Origin: Vicugna vicugna
Taxonomy: Eukaryota
Assembly (NCBI GenBank): GCA_013265495.1
Contig: MU063211.1
Location: 62,001 to 126,000 of the forward strand
Length of the DNA stretch: 64,000 bases
Reading direction: 5' to 3'
In this document: positions 43,618 to 55,871 of the stretch, piece after piece
How the letters are laid out: each line of letters opens with the position of its first letter
Numbering within the stretch: the first letter of the stretch is position 1
The notes under the pieces: generated by a model
What the model saw: the letters and a program-made list of their open reading frames with translations, nothing else
Databases searched by the model: none
What the model was told of the DNA's origin: nothing
Program-made: the position numbers and the translations under genes

Positions 43618-45269
43618 CTGGTGCCTGGCTGTCTTTGCGTTGCTGTCCGTCCTCTTCCTGGTGGGCGCTTGGGTGGGGCCAGCATGCGTCTGCTGTGAGG
43701 AGCTTGGCTGTAGCTACTCTCAGCCCTGCCCCCGGGCACTGGCAGTGATTTCTACATCAGGCGGCTACGGGAATGCGTCTCTTCGCCCTGGAAGTTAACG
43801 CCAAACTCTTTTCCAGGTCGGGAGCAGCCGTCCCGTGGCCGCCGGCATACGTGAACCCCCCCAGGAGGACCAGCATCACCGACACCGGGCGCTGTCGGTC
43901 CTTCCGGCTCTGGGGTCCTGGTGAGCGAGCAGCAGCACCCCATGCTGGTTGCAGCGTGCGCTCCCCTGAGAGCCAACAGAGACGCTTCAACACGTACGCT
44001 GCCCTGTGGGGGTCGTCTGCTGGGAAGCGTCTCTTTCGAACCTCTTGCCCACTTCTAATGAGCCATTATAATTTTTTTGGGATGTGTAGTTCTTTAAATA
44101 CGCTGGACATGAGACCACACTTTTTTTGAAAAAAGAAAAAATAGGTTGTGGTAGGTGAAAACGTTCCCCTGGTCAAAGTTTTCCTGCCGACTTCCCAGAA
44201 CCGGTGAGGACGCCGCCTTCTGTGGCGAGAGGGACTTGGAAATGTGGTTAAAGTGAGGATCTGGAGGTGCGCGGCGGTGGGGGGGGTCCTGGGTTCCCCA
44301 GGTGGGGCCAGTCGAATCACACAAGTCCTTCGGCGCGAGGACCTCTCCTGGCTATCCTCGGGGGCAGGCGCAACCACGGGTGCAGGTCAGAGAGATGCAC
44401 TGTTGCTGGCTTCGAGGGTGGAGGAAGGGGTTACGAGGCAAGGAACCCCAGGGGCTTCCAGAGGCCAGAAAAGGCGAGAAAACAGGTTCTCCCCAAGAAC
44501 CTGGGCCTGGGACACTCGGCCCTCCAGCTGCGTGCACACCTGCCGTCCACACCAGGTTGGGGTCCCAAACCCCGCAAGGGAGGCCACCACATTGGCGGGA
44601 GAGGTGCCAGGCGCACGGGGGCCCCAGTTTTCAGGTGAGACTGCAGAAACACATAAGGTTTAGAACCGCTGCCGACGGCCTCATGAAGGGGGTCAGGATC
44701 CAGGACCAGGAAGCACATGGTCTATGAAAATACGCCCCGATGTCAGCCGGTAAAGGAATGGGGACCAGCCCCTCCTCTGGGGCCTGCAGACCCCAGGTGG
44801 GCCCTGGGAGCTGCCCCAGATGCTGGCTCTGAGCGAGGCGGTGACCCTAGCTCCTGACCTGAGACCCACAGGAGGCACTGCCCACTCTGGCCTATTGTGA
44901 GGAGAGCCAGCGCTCAGTGACCCCCGCCCTGGTCCGAGCACACGCCCTTCGTCCATCGGCACCCACCTCTGCCTCCGGCCCCGCGGCTCCAGGCAGCCCC
45001 GGGCGGCCTCGGAGGACGGAGCGCTTGTCAGAGCATCTGGACCCAACACCTTCGCCTCTGCAGAGAAGCACGAGGTGCCAGTCAGGGCGCTCTTCCCGGG
45101 CCTGAGGGCTCGGCTGAGGGGCTCTGCCAAGTGGCCAGTGTCCCTGTCGCAGTTGGAGGGCCAGCCTGGCAGTGGGCTTTCCCACCTGTGTTTGAAAGTA
45201 GTCAGGTGAGGAGGCAACACAGGGCAGAGCCCTGGCCTTGGAGTCCGCCTTGCCCGAGGGCCACCCCCC

Positions 45270-45320
45270 GTACTGTGTGTCCTTGGGCAAATCACTCAAC
45301 CTCTCTGAGCTCTGCCCCTT
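45270..45320 (+). mobile_element. MIR core fragment
   Basis: actgtgtgtccttgggcaaatcactcaacctctctgagct. Confidence 0.7.
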
Positions 45321-48300
45321 GGGCTCCCAAGTGAGGACAGGACTAGGGCTGTGGGGAGATTTAGATTTAGATAACACAAACTTTAAAAGTCTAGTACAAT
45401 TCGTTTCAAAAGAGTTTCCTAAACAGTGGGTACTTTCAATAAATGGTAACAATAAATATTTATAAGAAACTTGGGGAATTGGAGTCAACATAACATTTTC
45501 ACCCCAGACCTTGGGCCTGTGACCAGAGTTCCTGAGCAGGAAGGGGTCCATGTAGTTCCCCTGGAGAGGGGACACATTTGACCCCAGGGCACAGAACAAG
45601 TTCTAGGAGAACTGGGACCAGACAGGCATTTCCTTCTGTGGAAAAAATCGATTTTGTTGATTTCAAAAGTAAAACATCCTCACATGAGGCGACGTAGAGA
45701 CCGTGGGGTCGGCCACGCCGTCACCAGAGACGCCAGCCGCGGCGTCTTGGGTGCGTCTCTTGCCTGGCCTTCTGGGACTCCCTCCCCCGAGGGCGGGCTG
45801 GAGGGCACCGATCCTTCCGTAAATATGTCCTCAACCTGGGGGCACGAGGGGCTGGTCTGTCCTCATGGTCAGTCCCTCTCCAGTGTGGCCCCTCCGCCTG
45901 TGTGGGATCCGGAGGGAGGCCACGCTCCCTTGAGACCCCGATTCTACAGATTCAGGTTTCTGTGCTCACGGACCCCAGGTAAGCACGGGAGCCCCTGTAC
46001 TGAACACTCTAAGGGCGTCTTTCCAGAAAGCCCCTGAGCAGAGGAGAAAAGGAGGGGCGTTCCCCCTCCTCAGAGGCCATGCTGAGAGCCGGCTGGTACG
46101 CTCCGCGGGGCCGCCGCGGGCTTGAGAAGCAGACGGACCTGGGAGTAAGCCCCGCCCCTCCCCCTCAGACCTGTGTGACCTGTGTGACCTTGGGCCTGGC
46201 CTCCCCGGCCTGGAGGGTGAAGCGGAGATGTTGAGAGTCTTCGGAAGAAGATGCATGGAGAGAGTTTAACCTGGGATGCTATCCTCGGTCAATGAGTGGC
46301 CAGTTACTAGCTTCCAGGGACAGGAAACGCAGGTCCGTCTCACCTGGACAGGTGTGGGCAGCCTGGGCAGCCGGGGTCCTGAAGCACAGGAACCAGGGGA
46401 GCTGGCCAGCGGGCCCGGGGCCACGGCTACCTGCTCAGCTGCGTGTCCTCTGGTCTTCGACCTCGCTCCTGCAGGCAGAGGAAGCCACCCTCGTCTGTGC
46501 CCACTGGGACGCCCACTTCCTGCAAGCACTTGGATTAACCCAACAGGAGGTGCCAAACGCTCCTTCCAGCTGGGCCCCGTCGGGCTGCCCGCTGAATCAG
46601 GCTCACTTCCCCTGGCAGGAGGGCCCCCAGGACCCCTCTGTGGGAAAGTGTCGGCCTTGTCTGTGGCCTCAGGAAAGCCCAGCCCGCACACCCCTTCCTG
46701 TCACCCAGCCAGACCCAGACGCCGCCCTGCGCCTCGACGGGGCATAAGGAAGGGTTGGCTAAAGACAGCTCCCTCCCTCCTCTGAGTTCCAGAATACACC
46801 AATGACTGAGGCAGCCACTGGGCACTTACCACAAAGGAAGGGAGAAAGTTCCGAGCCCTGATGTGCCAGATACGACTCACGCCAGCCGCTAGCGCTCGGA
46901 TTTCCCAGGTGGAAAACTGACGTCACATAGCGAGAACGGGCTAGGCGTCATCTCAGGCCTAACGCTCTGGGGATCACCAGGTCTGTTCACCGCAGCTGAA
47001 GATGAGGCTGCGCCCCGTCCCCCCACATCCCAGAGGCTGTGCTTCACACCGTGTGCTGCGAAGCTTGCACTCAGCCTGAACACGAGGTGGGCGTTTTCTG
47101 AAGGGCTTCTGCAGACGCGTAGAAGTGCTCACTAAGGAGAGTCAGGTGGTGACCCCATGGGAGGAGCTGAGAGTAAACTGTCCTGTGGTTTGAGAATTCT
47201 CCAGGCTGGTCTGCGTGGGCTGGCCTTCCACCCGCACTAACCACCCGAGTACGAAAGAAGTGGGGCATGGCCAGACCAGAGGGCTAGCACAAGAGGGGAC
47301 ACGGAACCTCAGGTCCACCTCTGTGGGCACTGGAGTGACTCCAGACTTTGCAAATTTCTGTGCAGTGGCTCCAGCCCACTGAGACCGAGGGCGCAGACAA
47401 GCTGGACTGCCTTGGGTGCCATTCTGCCTCCCTGAGCTGCTGGACGGGGTGGCCTGTCCCCGCAGGACAGGTCCGGGTTCCATCTGTCGGGCAGGGGAGA
47501 GAGGCAGCAGCTCTCTGCCCTTCAGCCCCACCTGCGACCATGCCCGTTCCGTGCCAGGACGCCTCCTCTTCTCTGCTTCGTGACACAGTGACTGCAGGCG
47601 AGGTGTCGACAGCACGGTCAGCCAGCACCGTAACGCCCCTAGGCGTCTGTGGGCCTGTCTGTCAAGTTCAGACGTCTGAAAGTTGGGTCAGTACAAGTCC
47701 TTTGACTTCTGGCCGCGGTTGGGTGTTTGGGGCCATCTGTTCTCATAAGGACTAACCGACAAACCATGACCAAAGTGATTTGCTTGAAGGCACAGCCAAG
47801 TCAACCATGTAGAAAAAGGCTTCTTTCTACGCTCTTGGAGAGACAGAACCTGGAGGGGGAAGCCAGCACGCGGGGCCTCTTTAATGCCGGTCCCCGAAAG
47901 ACGGCTGAGAAACCAGCCGGCCACCTCGCCAGCTTTGCAGAGCTAAAGGTCAGGTGCGGGGGTCGAAGGTCTGTCAGGGGAGCGGGTTTGGGTAGAATCC
48001 AGGAGGGGTCCCCCTGGGAATAAGGGTGAGCCATCGCTGGCCAGCCTTAGCGTGGACTGCAAGCTGGTTTTGAGACGTCTGAGTGCCCAAGAGAAAGCGT
48101 CAGCTCCTGAGGTTCTGTTAAGGTCCTTCGAGATCGCCCGTGTCCCCTGCCCTCAGCTAAACCGACGCTAACCTTCTCTGAAGGAGAAGCGCATCCTCCC
48201 AGGACTCACGTGATTTCTGCAGACGCGCACGTTGCTCACGTTAAGTGTCAGCGCGCTGGGAGGCAACCAGGTCCGCGAGGGTAGAAGACGCCCCGTGCAA

Positions 48301-48513
48301 GAACAAACGGAAAGAGCTGGCTGTAGAAACAGACGCCGAAACCGGAGGGGCCGGAACGACAGCACAGGTGCTGGTGCAGACGGAAACGCAGCCTCGGGGG
48401 TGAGGAGCCAGCAGCGACGCTCAGAAGCACCGCCTGTGGTCAGAACTGTGCCGCGCGAGCGGCACGGTCCGCGCCGGAAGGAAGGGAAAAGAGCTGCAGA
48501 AGAGCCGGGAAGA

Positions 48514-48645
48514 GGGGGGGGCACAGCTCGGGGGCAAAGCGCATGCGGGGCGCGCACAAGGTGCGGGCTCAATCCCCAGCGCCCCTGTTAGTAAGTAAGT
48601 TAGTAAGTGAGTAAATAAACTTAATTACCTCCCCCTCCCCCGAAA
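48514..48645 (+). mobile_element. tRNA-derived Vic-type SINE, full length with tail, GC-shifted head
   Basis: gggggggcacagctcgggggcaaagcgcatgc...gctcaatccccagcgcc plus the tail taaataaacttaattacctccccc; aligns to the 37054 copy. Confidence 0.75.
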
Positions 48646-49009
48646 GAGCCGTGAGATGAGGCTTTAAGAGGAGAGAGAGCTGAAAAGGCGGCACACCGCC
48701 GCTATAATTTTCAGAAGATACGTGTAATGTAGAAAATTCAAGAGAATCTGAAATTCAATTTTTAGAATGAACCAGCTTGCAGAGTCAATTCTGTCTCCAA
48801 AAGTTAGCCACAAAGAATCATGAACTGGAATGTTAAACTTTGCACTAGTGACGCCCAAGTCAAATAGCCGTGAGTAATCCGGCCAGCCGTGTGTGGGTCC
48901 TCCTCGCGGAAGCCTGTCCGGTGTGGATGAGAGACCCTCAGAAAGGTCAGAACGACCGGAGCGTATTCCACCCCCGTGGACTGGAGTGCTCGGTGCCGTG
49001 CACACCTTC

Positions 49010-49165
49010 ACTTCCCTCTAACTGATCTGCAGATTCACCGCATTATCAACTAAGTGCCCAATTTACGGTGAAACTTGGCAAGGTGAATTTAGAATTTAAC
49101 TGGGATGTTCTTGAGCCAGAACAAGGAGGACGTGCTCTACCTGATGTGAATAATTATCATAAAAA
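49010..49165 (+). mobile_element. LINE-1 ORF2 remnant
   Basis: ccctctaactgatctgcagattcaccgcatt...ggaggacgtgctctacctgatgtgaataattatcataaa resembles the L1 ORF2 C-terminal region. Confidence 0.6.
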
Positions 49166-49299
49166 TATGGTCACTAAGACAGCTTGGCACTAGCCGTATC
49201 AGCAGGCCTTTGCAGGAAACCCCTGTCGTCACTGACCCGGTACCAGGCGCCCCACCCGCTACTCACCTGCGGCCCTCGCTCACCTTTCAGGTCTTCTGG

Positions 49300-49696
49300 C
49301 CGCACAATACCTTGCCTGACCTGTTGGTTCTCTTCGTGGATCAAAGAAGTAGAAATGGAGAAGGAGAAGTTCACAGATGACCAGATCTCTCCCCGGCTTC
49401 CCCTCCTGTGATCCGCAAAAACCTGTGTGAACAAGTCAGCATCTAAAGAGATCACGAGGCGTCGACAAGCCTGCACGCGGTGGGCGGTGGCGGGGACTCC
49501 GGCCCCCACCCCAGCCATCAACTGAGATCACTTCCCTGGTCCCTTTGAAACTTCCCCGGCTGAGCAGAACCATCTGGAGATAGCTTCGGGGACGCCGAGC
49601 CCACCGTCTCTCCAGATTGCTGGCATTCTGATTAAAAGCCAGCATCTCAAGTATTGGTTTTTGACCAGCGAGCAGCCAGACCCGAGTTTGGTAACA
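49300..49696 (+). mobile_element. Solo ERV1-class LTR; 5' boundary uncertain
   Basis: gagcccaccgtctctccagattgctggcattctgATTAAAag...cagcgagcagccagacccgagtttggtaaca terminus. Confidence 0.65.
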
Positions 49697-50049
49697 GCTC
49701 CAGGGTGCAGAGCGACCCAGCAGAGCGGACTGAAGAGTCGAGACACAGATTAGGCGTGCAGGGACCTTGAGGTCAGACAGCGGCGGCCCTACAGAGCAAT
49801 GAGGAGGGAATGAACTGTCAGTCAGTGAGGTGAGCTGCTGGGGCCTCATGTGGAGAAACAGGAAGGGAGACTCCACCCTTACTACACAGCAGAAAAATAG
49901 TGGGAGAGTTAGAGGCCAAACGGGAAGGCGGAGCAGCAGACGGCCTGGGAGGACAGCCTCCGGGGGCGAAAAGCGCTGGGCGGGTGAAAGGCCTGACCAC
50001 CGGCATTAAGAGGGAGAGCTCTGGGTTCTCCCACGGCACCCAGACACAC

Positions 50050-50330
50050 CCAGGAGCAGGGACGAGGTGCCTGCAACACACGGAAGTGACGGAATGCTTG
50101 TATCCGGAGTAAGTAGAAAACGGGTGTGAAGCAGTAGTCCTGCGGAAAGCGGGGCAGTGACTTGCCCGACACTCCCCAGAGAGGACGCTAAACGCCCGAT
50201 AGAAGAATGAAGAGGGGCTCGACCTCATCGGGGATCAGGGAAATGCAAGTGCAGACCCCATGAGACGCCACTGCCCGCGCAGTCCGGTGAGGCCGCAGCA
50301 GGCGGAGGGGACCGTCACCTGGCACCTCCG
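50050..50330 (+). mobile_element. LINE-1 ORF2 3' remnant, GC-shifted
   Basis: gacactccccagagaggacg...ctcgacctcatcggggatcagggaaatgcaagtgcagaccccatgagacgccact. Confidence 0.7.
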
Positions 50331-51844
50331 CGCGGGCGCCCGGGCCCGCCCTGGGCCCGGCAGTGCCTCCTGCTGTCACACAGGTGCCTGCTCACCGACC
50401 TCCGTCCTGCCCGCTGCGGTGTGTGCCCAGGCTTAGAGGACACACACAGGACACCACCCCGCTCAAACTGCAGCAACCAAAAGCCCACCAGAGCCGGGCA
50501 GACGCGGTCCCCGGCATGCGCGCGCCGGGGGAGCCTCCAGAGCGGCGATGCAGACACCCCCCTCCCTGCAAAGCCAGCTGGGGGTTTGCACGTGCGGTGC
50601 TGAGCAGAGGAAGCCAGCTTCCGGGGGAACGCTGTTCAACCGTGTTTGCACTTAAAATTCAAAAGTGAGCAAGGCCGCACAGACATGTCTGGGGATGCGG
50701 GCCGAGTGGAAATGTGGACGAAAGAGCCAGGGTGTCCCCAGGCGGGATGGCAGCCCCTCGGGAGGGCGCGGGGCCTGGCGCTGGGCTCCGGCTTCGCGGG
50801 GCTGGTGCGCTGGAGGTTTCGTGTGCTCTGGGGCAGAGGTGGTGTATTTCGCCGTAAAAAGGAAGCTTAAATGAAATGAAACGGGGCGTGCAGACGCCAC
50901 AGCCACCCTGCAATGGCTCCTGCTGCAGTGCGGCTGTCCCCGGAAGCGCCGGGATTTGCCAGGGCCCCTTGTCGCGCCCCGTCCCTGGGAGGCCGCGGGC
51001 ACCTCCCAGGGCTGCAGTGCTGCATCTGAAGGGAGGTGTCCCCGGCGGGGGCTCCCGCGCACCGGGAGTGGCACAGCGGGGCCCTCCTCGGGGTTTGTAC
51101 AAGACTCCACAGATGCAGGAGGGACGACAGTGGCGCTCGCCCTCCAAGTGTCCCCAGCAAGGTCCTGGCTCGGGTTGCGGGGTGAAGACCACACCAGCCC
51201 CGGGTTCGGGATGTCTGGGTTAGGGCGGGTCCTCGGGTGGGGCTGGAACATAGCTTAGGGCTGGCGGATACAGCAAAGTGAGGACTTTGAGATGAGGGGG
51301 TTCCAATCAAACTGCTGACTTCTGTTGATGAGTTGAGGGTCTCTGGGGGAAGTGCCTGCCTTGAGTATGCGTCATTACGCACTTGCACCTTCCACATGCC
51401 TGAGCCAGAGTCTCCGGGAACAGCCGGACACCTGGCAGCACAAGTGCCTCCCTGCCCCACCTACGGCGACCTGCTGCCCCTTCCGCCGGGGCCGGCCTGC
51501 AGCGTCCGGCTCCCTCCCAGCAGCGGGGCGCGTCCCCGGGCTCGCGCTGCACCTACCCCTTTGTTGCCACCCCCTTCCTTCCTGCCCCTGCGAGGACCCG
51601 TGTCTGGAGGGCTGTGGGAAGGGCAGCCATGCTCCCGGCTGGACCTGGCGGGTTCAGCACCCCGTACGCCGGGGATTCCCCTGAGGCATCTCTGGCTGTG
51701 ACAACCGTCTACACCGGGAGCCCTTTGGCTGGCGGAGAGGCTGCCTGCCAGGCCCAGCCCAGTTCAGCGCCCAGCACCCTGACTTCTATTCGGGGCCAAG
51801 GAGGAAGCAGGGCTTGCCTTGGACGTGCCCCAGGCAGCACCACA

Positions 51845-51965
51845 CAGGCCTGGGTTCTCCTGACCCAGGCTGTGTGGCCTTGGGCCAGTCACTTGACCTC
51901 TCTGTCTTCTTGGTCAAGTGATTTGGGATAACAGGGTGGGTTTACGGGCCCGTGAAGGGAGGATA
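51845..51965 (+). mobile_element. MIR fragment
   Basis: caggcctgggttc...ctgtgtggccttgggccagtcacttgacctctctg. Confidence 0.65.
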
Positions 51966-52005
51966 GTAAGTGGGAGGCATGGGTCAGGGGCAGACCAAGA
52001 GGTCA

Positions 52006-52359
52006 GACCGTGGACATGGGCATCACCTGCCCCTCCACAGCTGGCCCGGACTTCCGCCCAGCATCCTCTCTGCCTGCTTTCAGGACCGCCCTCCACGGCC
52101 TGGCCACCTGGCCCCGCCTGTGCCAGGCCTCAGTTTCCTTTGGGTGTTTCACAGTCTGGGAGGAGGAGCCCGCTGGCTGGTGGCTGCTGTAACCCCGTAC
52201 CGAACCGCCCCCCACCCACAGCTTCGCTACCTGCCCCGCCCCCCCGGAGCCAGGCTGGGCCCTGGGTGCTCCACCGAGGGTGTCGGGAGCTGTGTCCCTG
52301 GGGACAGAGGACGGGAGGACACAGGGCAGGAGCGCGGCAGCCCCCGGAGCGGGTGGGGC
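52006..52359 (+). repeat. Copy B of the diverged direct repeat (copy A at 35919-36125), with about 150 extra bp at 52101-52249
   Basis: Two collinear blocks of high similarity to copy A flank the extra segment. Confidence 0.85.
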
Positions 52360-52719
52360 TCACTGGGCATAGAGCCTGCAGCCTGTGACGTTTTTCGGGG
52401 CCAACCAGAATGTTCTTGATTTCTTTTAAAATCGGAAGGAAAAAACTGAGTAAAATTTGACCCAGTTTATATTTGTCTTTGAAACTCCATGGTTGTAGAA
52501 TATAATTTTTAATACCTTCCATGGAGGAAGGGGCCCAGGAAGGCAGCAGGACCGCAAGGAGGAGACTCCCCCAGGACCCCGCGGCACATCTTGAGAAAAG
52601 CTGAGGTGAGCTTTGGCGCTGCCGCCCGGCGGTCAGCTGTCAGAGGAGGTTTTTCTCTCCCCCGCCCCGCCACTCACAGGCCTAAAACTTCCCCTTTCCC
52701 ACCCAACACGGGGCCCTAC

Positions 52720-52932
52720 AGCAGGTTTTCTCAGCCTCGGTGTTAGCGACACTTTGGCCCGGACAGCCCTCGCCGCGGGGACCACCCTGCGCACTGCCGG
52801 CTGGTAGCGGCATCCCGGCCTCTACCCGCTGGATGCCAGCGGCACCCTCTCCCTGAGCCGCGGCAGCCGGAGGTGTCCTCGCCGCTTCTGCCGCACGTCC
52901 CCTTGGGGGTGGGGGCAGGTGACTCTGGGAGC
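52720..52932 (+). mobile_element. MER20 (hAT-Charlie) DNA transposon, GC-shifted
   Basis: ttctcagcctcgg...gcggcatcccggcctctacccgctggatgccagcggcacc matches the recalled MER20 core. Confidence 0.75.
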
Positions 52933-53564
52933 ACGACCTCTTCAGTGTCCCAGACCCTCAGGGTGCCCTGATGTCTTGGCCAATACCTGAGAATTGTACC
53001 TACTGCAAGCCCCGCCCCCTGCCTCCCCGGGTCCTGGCCAGGGTGCCATTTAACAGCGTTCTCGGAAAGTGTGTTTTGTGTGTGTGTGTTTAACGTGCGT
53101 AGACGGCATTGGGCCTCGTTCTGAATTCCACTTTCTCCACTCGGCGGGCACCGCGGGCGCCTGTGGCTCTCCAGAGCACGCCTCTTACTATTTGTCTGCC
53201 TTTCGTGCGCTGCTTTCGACTGCCAAGTCTTCCCCAAAGGTGTGCCGACATCATTTTGGACCTGTCCACGTGCCCAGCGCAGTGGCCAGGTGGCCTCTGC
53301 CACCGCCGCCACCAATGCCGCACGCGGTGCAGTCTCCCCAGGTCCTGTGCTCTAAGGAGTGCGATTTCCAGGTCGCGCGGGCTACGGATCCTTAACTCGG
53401 CGGCAGGACACGGGCCGGCCCTTCAGAACGGCTGCGCCCCCGGAGGGGCCACGCTGGCTCCTCCCCTCCCCGGCTCTGCACCGTCCAGCTCTCTGACCGT
53501 GCCCCGTGCTGGAGCCTCGAAGCTTCCCTCTCCCATCCCCTGCGCCCGTTTCTTCTTTGCTGTT

Positions 53565-53628
53565 ATGGTTGCTGCCTTCTCGCGTCCTCTCCAGACATGG
53601 TTGCTGCCTTCTCGCGTCCTCTCCAGAC
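53565..53628. repeat. Perfect 2 x 32-bp tandem repeat
   Basis: atggttgctgccttctcgcgtcctctccagac occurs twice. Confidence 0.95.
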
Positions 53629-54089
53629 AGCGATCGCCTGTTGTTTAAGACCCCGCAAACACCTCCTCCTGCTCCATCAGCTCTCCCATCACCTTTGCCC
53701 TTAGACTTTTGTGAGCTTGTAATTTTCGCTTTTAAAGTTTCATTTACAAAGCCTCCCCCTCCCGCAAAGTCCCAGAGATCATCTCCTGCCGCTGTTCACC
53801 CACTGTGCTCCTCCACCCCAGGGATGCTTAACTACCCTCCAGCTCGTGGGCCCATTCCTGGAACTGCCTACCAAGCCACCGTCCTGTCCCACGGGGTCAG
53901 TGGCGCCACCTTTGGTCAGCTGAGCCTACGTGTGGTCGGTTGGCTGTGTCCCTGAACTCCGGGTGCCAGCCCGCAGCTCTGTGCCGCGACCGCGCGGTAC
54001 TCATTCGCACCTTTGCAGAAAGTCTTTCGATCTCCAAGGACAGTCCACACTCTTTACTCTTCCACAGTCCGTATGGCACCGCCACATAA

Positions 54090-54430
54090 GTCTCAGATGG
54101 CTTTTGAGTCCTGCCAGAAAACGTTTTGATTGGGCCTGCACTGAAACTACAGGTTAATCTGTAGGCAGCTGGCGTCTTTACGACAATAGCTCTTCCCATC
54201 AGAAAGCACGGCGTCACTGTGCTCAGACCGTATCGCTTTCACGTTCGGCTCGGGTTAACTCCTAGACGCTTTACGGTTTCTCTTCCTATTGTGAATGGCA
54301 CCTTTTAAAAATCGTATTTCCTAGTTGATCATTACCAGTGAAATGAATGTTACTGACTTTGTAGGCTCAGTATGTCCAACCGACAGTCCCAGTACATCTG
54401 CTGATTCCATCGGCTTTTTTCTAGAGAGAT
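54090..54430 (-). mobile_element. Old LINE-1 ORF2 fragment, antisense
   Basis: ttttgattgggcctgcactgaaactacaggttaat...aatagctcttcccatcagaaagcacgg...ctattgtgaatggcacctttt. Confidence 0.65.
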
Positions 54431-54526
54431 GATTTAATGAGGAAAACCTTTAATGACCCACTAAAAAGGGAGCTGAGAAAAACCAGTTTCCTTTTTTCCT
54501 CGAATGAGAAGGACTCATTCTCTCTT

Positions 54527-55101
54527 ACACACACACACTCTGTGCACACAGGCATGCAAGCGTGCACACACACGTGCTCATATATACTCATGTACACACG
54601 CAGGCACGCACACATGGACGCTCTCACACACGCACGCACACACGCTCACATACACCCATGCACCCACACATACATGCCCACACACGTACGCGCATGCACA
54701 TGCACACGCATGCCCACACATACATGCCCACACGCGTACACACATGCACATGCATGCCCACAAATGCACACACGCGTGCCCACACGTGCATGCACACGCA
54801 CACACGTGCCCACACATACATGCCCACACACGCACGCACATGCCCACGCATGCCCACGCATACATGCCCACACGTGCATGCACACATGCTCACATACACC
54901 CATGCACCCACACATACATGCCCACAGTGCACGCACATGCACATGCGTGTCCACACATACATGCCACACGCGTACGCACATGCACATGCGTGCCCACACG
55001 TGCACACATACACACGTGCCCACACGTGCACACACATGCACACACGTGCCCACACATGCATGCCCACATGCGCACACACAGGCACACGCATGCCCACGTG
55101 C
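54527..55101. repeat. About 575-bp degenerate CA/CG/TG alternating repeat (cacacgtgcccacacatacatgc-type units)
   Basis: Visible repetition; source of the long His/Thr/Ala and Cys/Val ORFs. Confidence 0.92.
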
Positions 55102-55266
55102 AAGAACAGCCCCTCTCCTCTCTCCTGCACAGTCCTGGGGTCCTGCTTGGCACCAGGGCACGCGCTCTGTCAGCAGCACACGCCGGGACCCAGGTGGGCT
55201 CCTACCCTCCAGGAGCTCAGCTCTGGCCGGGGAAACACAACACGTGTTCAAAGAGTCATGGGAGCG

Positions 55267-55871
55267 AAGGCATGAATTCTGCCTTGCGTTTCTGCCAGCC
55301 TCAGCGGCTGTCACCTCCTCTCTCTTCCTGGGGAGGCGAGAGTGGGCACCCACCACGTGTGAGAGGTGGGAGCGGACGTCCTTGGAGGTCAGGGGTCCCT
55401 CTTGCAATAAGCCCTCCCACCTGGGTCCTCCCGGCTGAGGTGCCCCAGGCAGCCCAGGCCAGCAAAGACACGTGCTCCCGCCCTGGCTGCAGCCTAAGCT
55501 GCAGCCTCAGGGACGCCCCAGCCCTCTAGAGCCTCGGTTCCCCTGTTCACCGTGGGGCGTTTGGACTAAAAGGCATGAATTCTGCCTTGCGTTTCTGCCA
55601 GCCTCAGCGGCCGTCACCTCCTCTCTCTTCCTGGGGAGGTGAGAGTGGGCACCCACCACGTGTGAGAGGCGGGAGCGGACGTCCTTGGAGGGCAGGGGTC
55701 CCTCTTGCGATAAGCCCTCCCACCTGGGTCCTCCTGGCTGAGGTGCCCCAGGCAGCCCAGGCCAGCAAAGACACGCGCTCCCGCCCTGGCTCCAGCCTAA
55801 GCTGCAGCCTCAGGGACGCCCCAGCCCTCTAGAGCCTCGGTTCCCCTGTTCACCGTGGGGCGTTTGGACTA
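55267..55871. repeat. Tandem duplication with 303-bp period (55267-55568 and 55570-55871)
   Basis: aaggcatgaattctgcc...gggcgtttggacta occurs twice with 8 substitutions by my count. Confidence 0.95.

Noticed and set aside
47387-47419. EGADKLDCLGC, resembling ficolin exon 2 (EGSDKLxILRGC); also KVTILSC near 31221
   Set aside because: The matches are short, with no following Gly-X-Y codons or splice sites, and are compatible with chance in 64 kb.
54437-55529. Long His/Thr/Ala or Cys/Val ORFs (up to 341 aa; also at 8488-9866)
   Set aside because: They are translations of CA/TG simple repeats, not metal-binding proteins.
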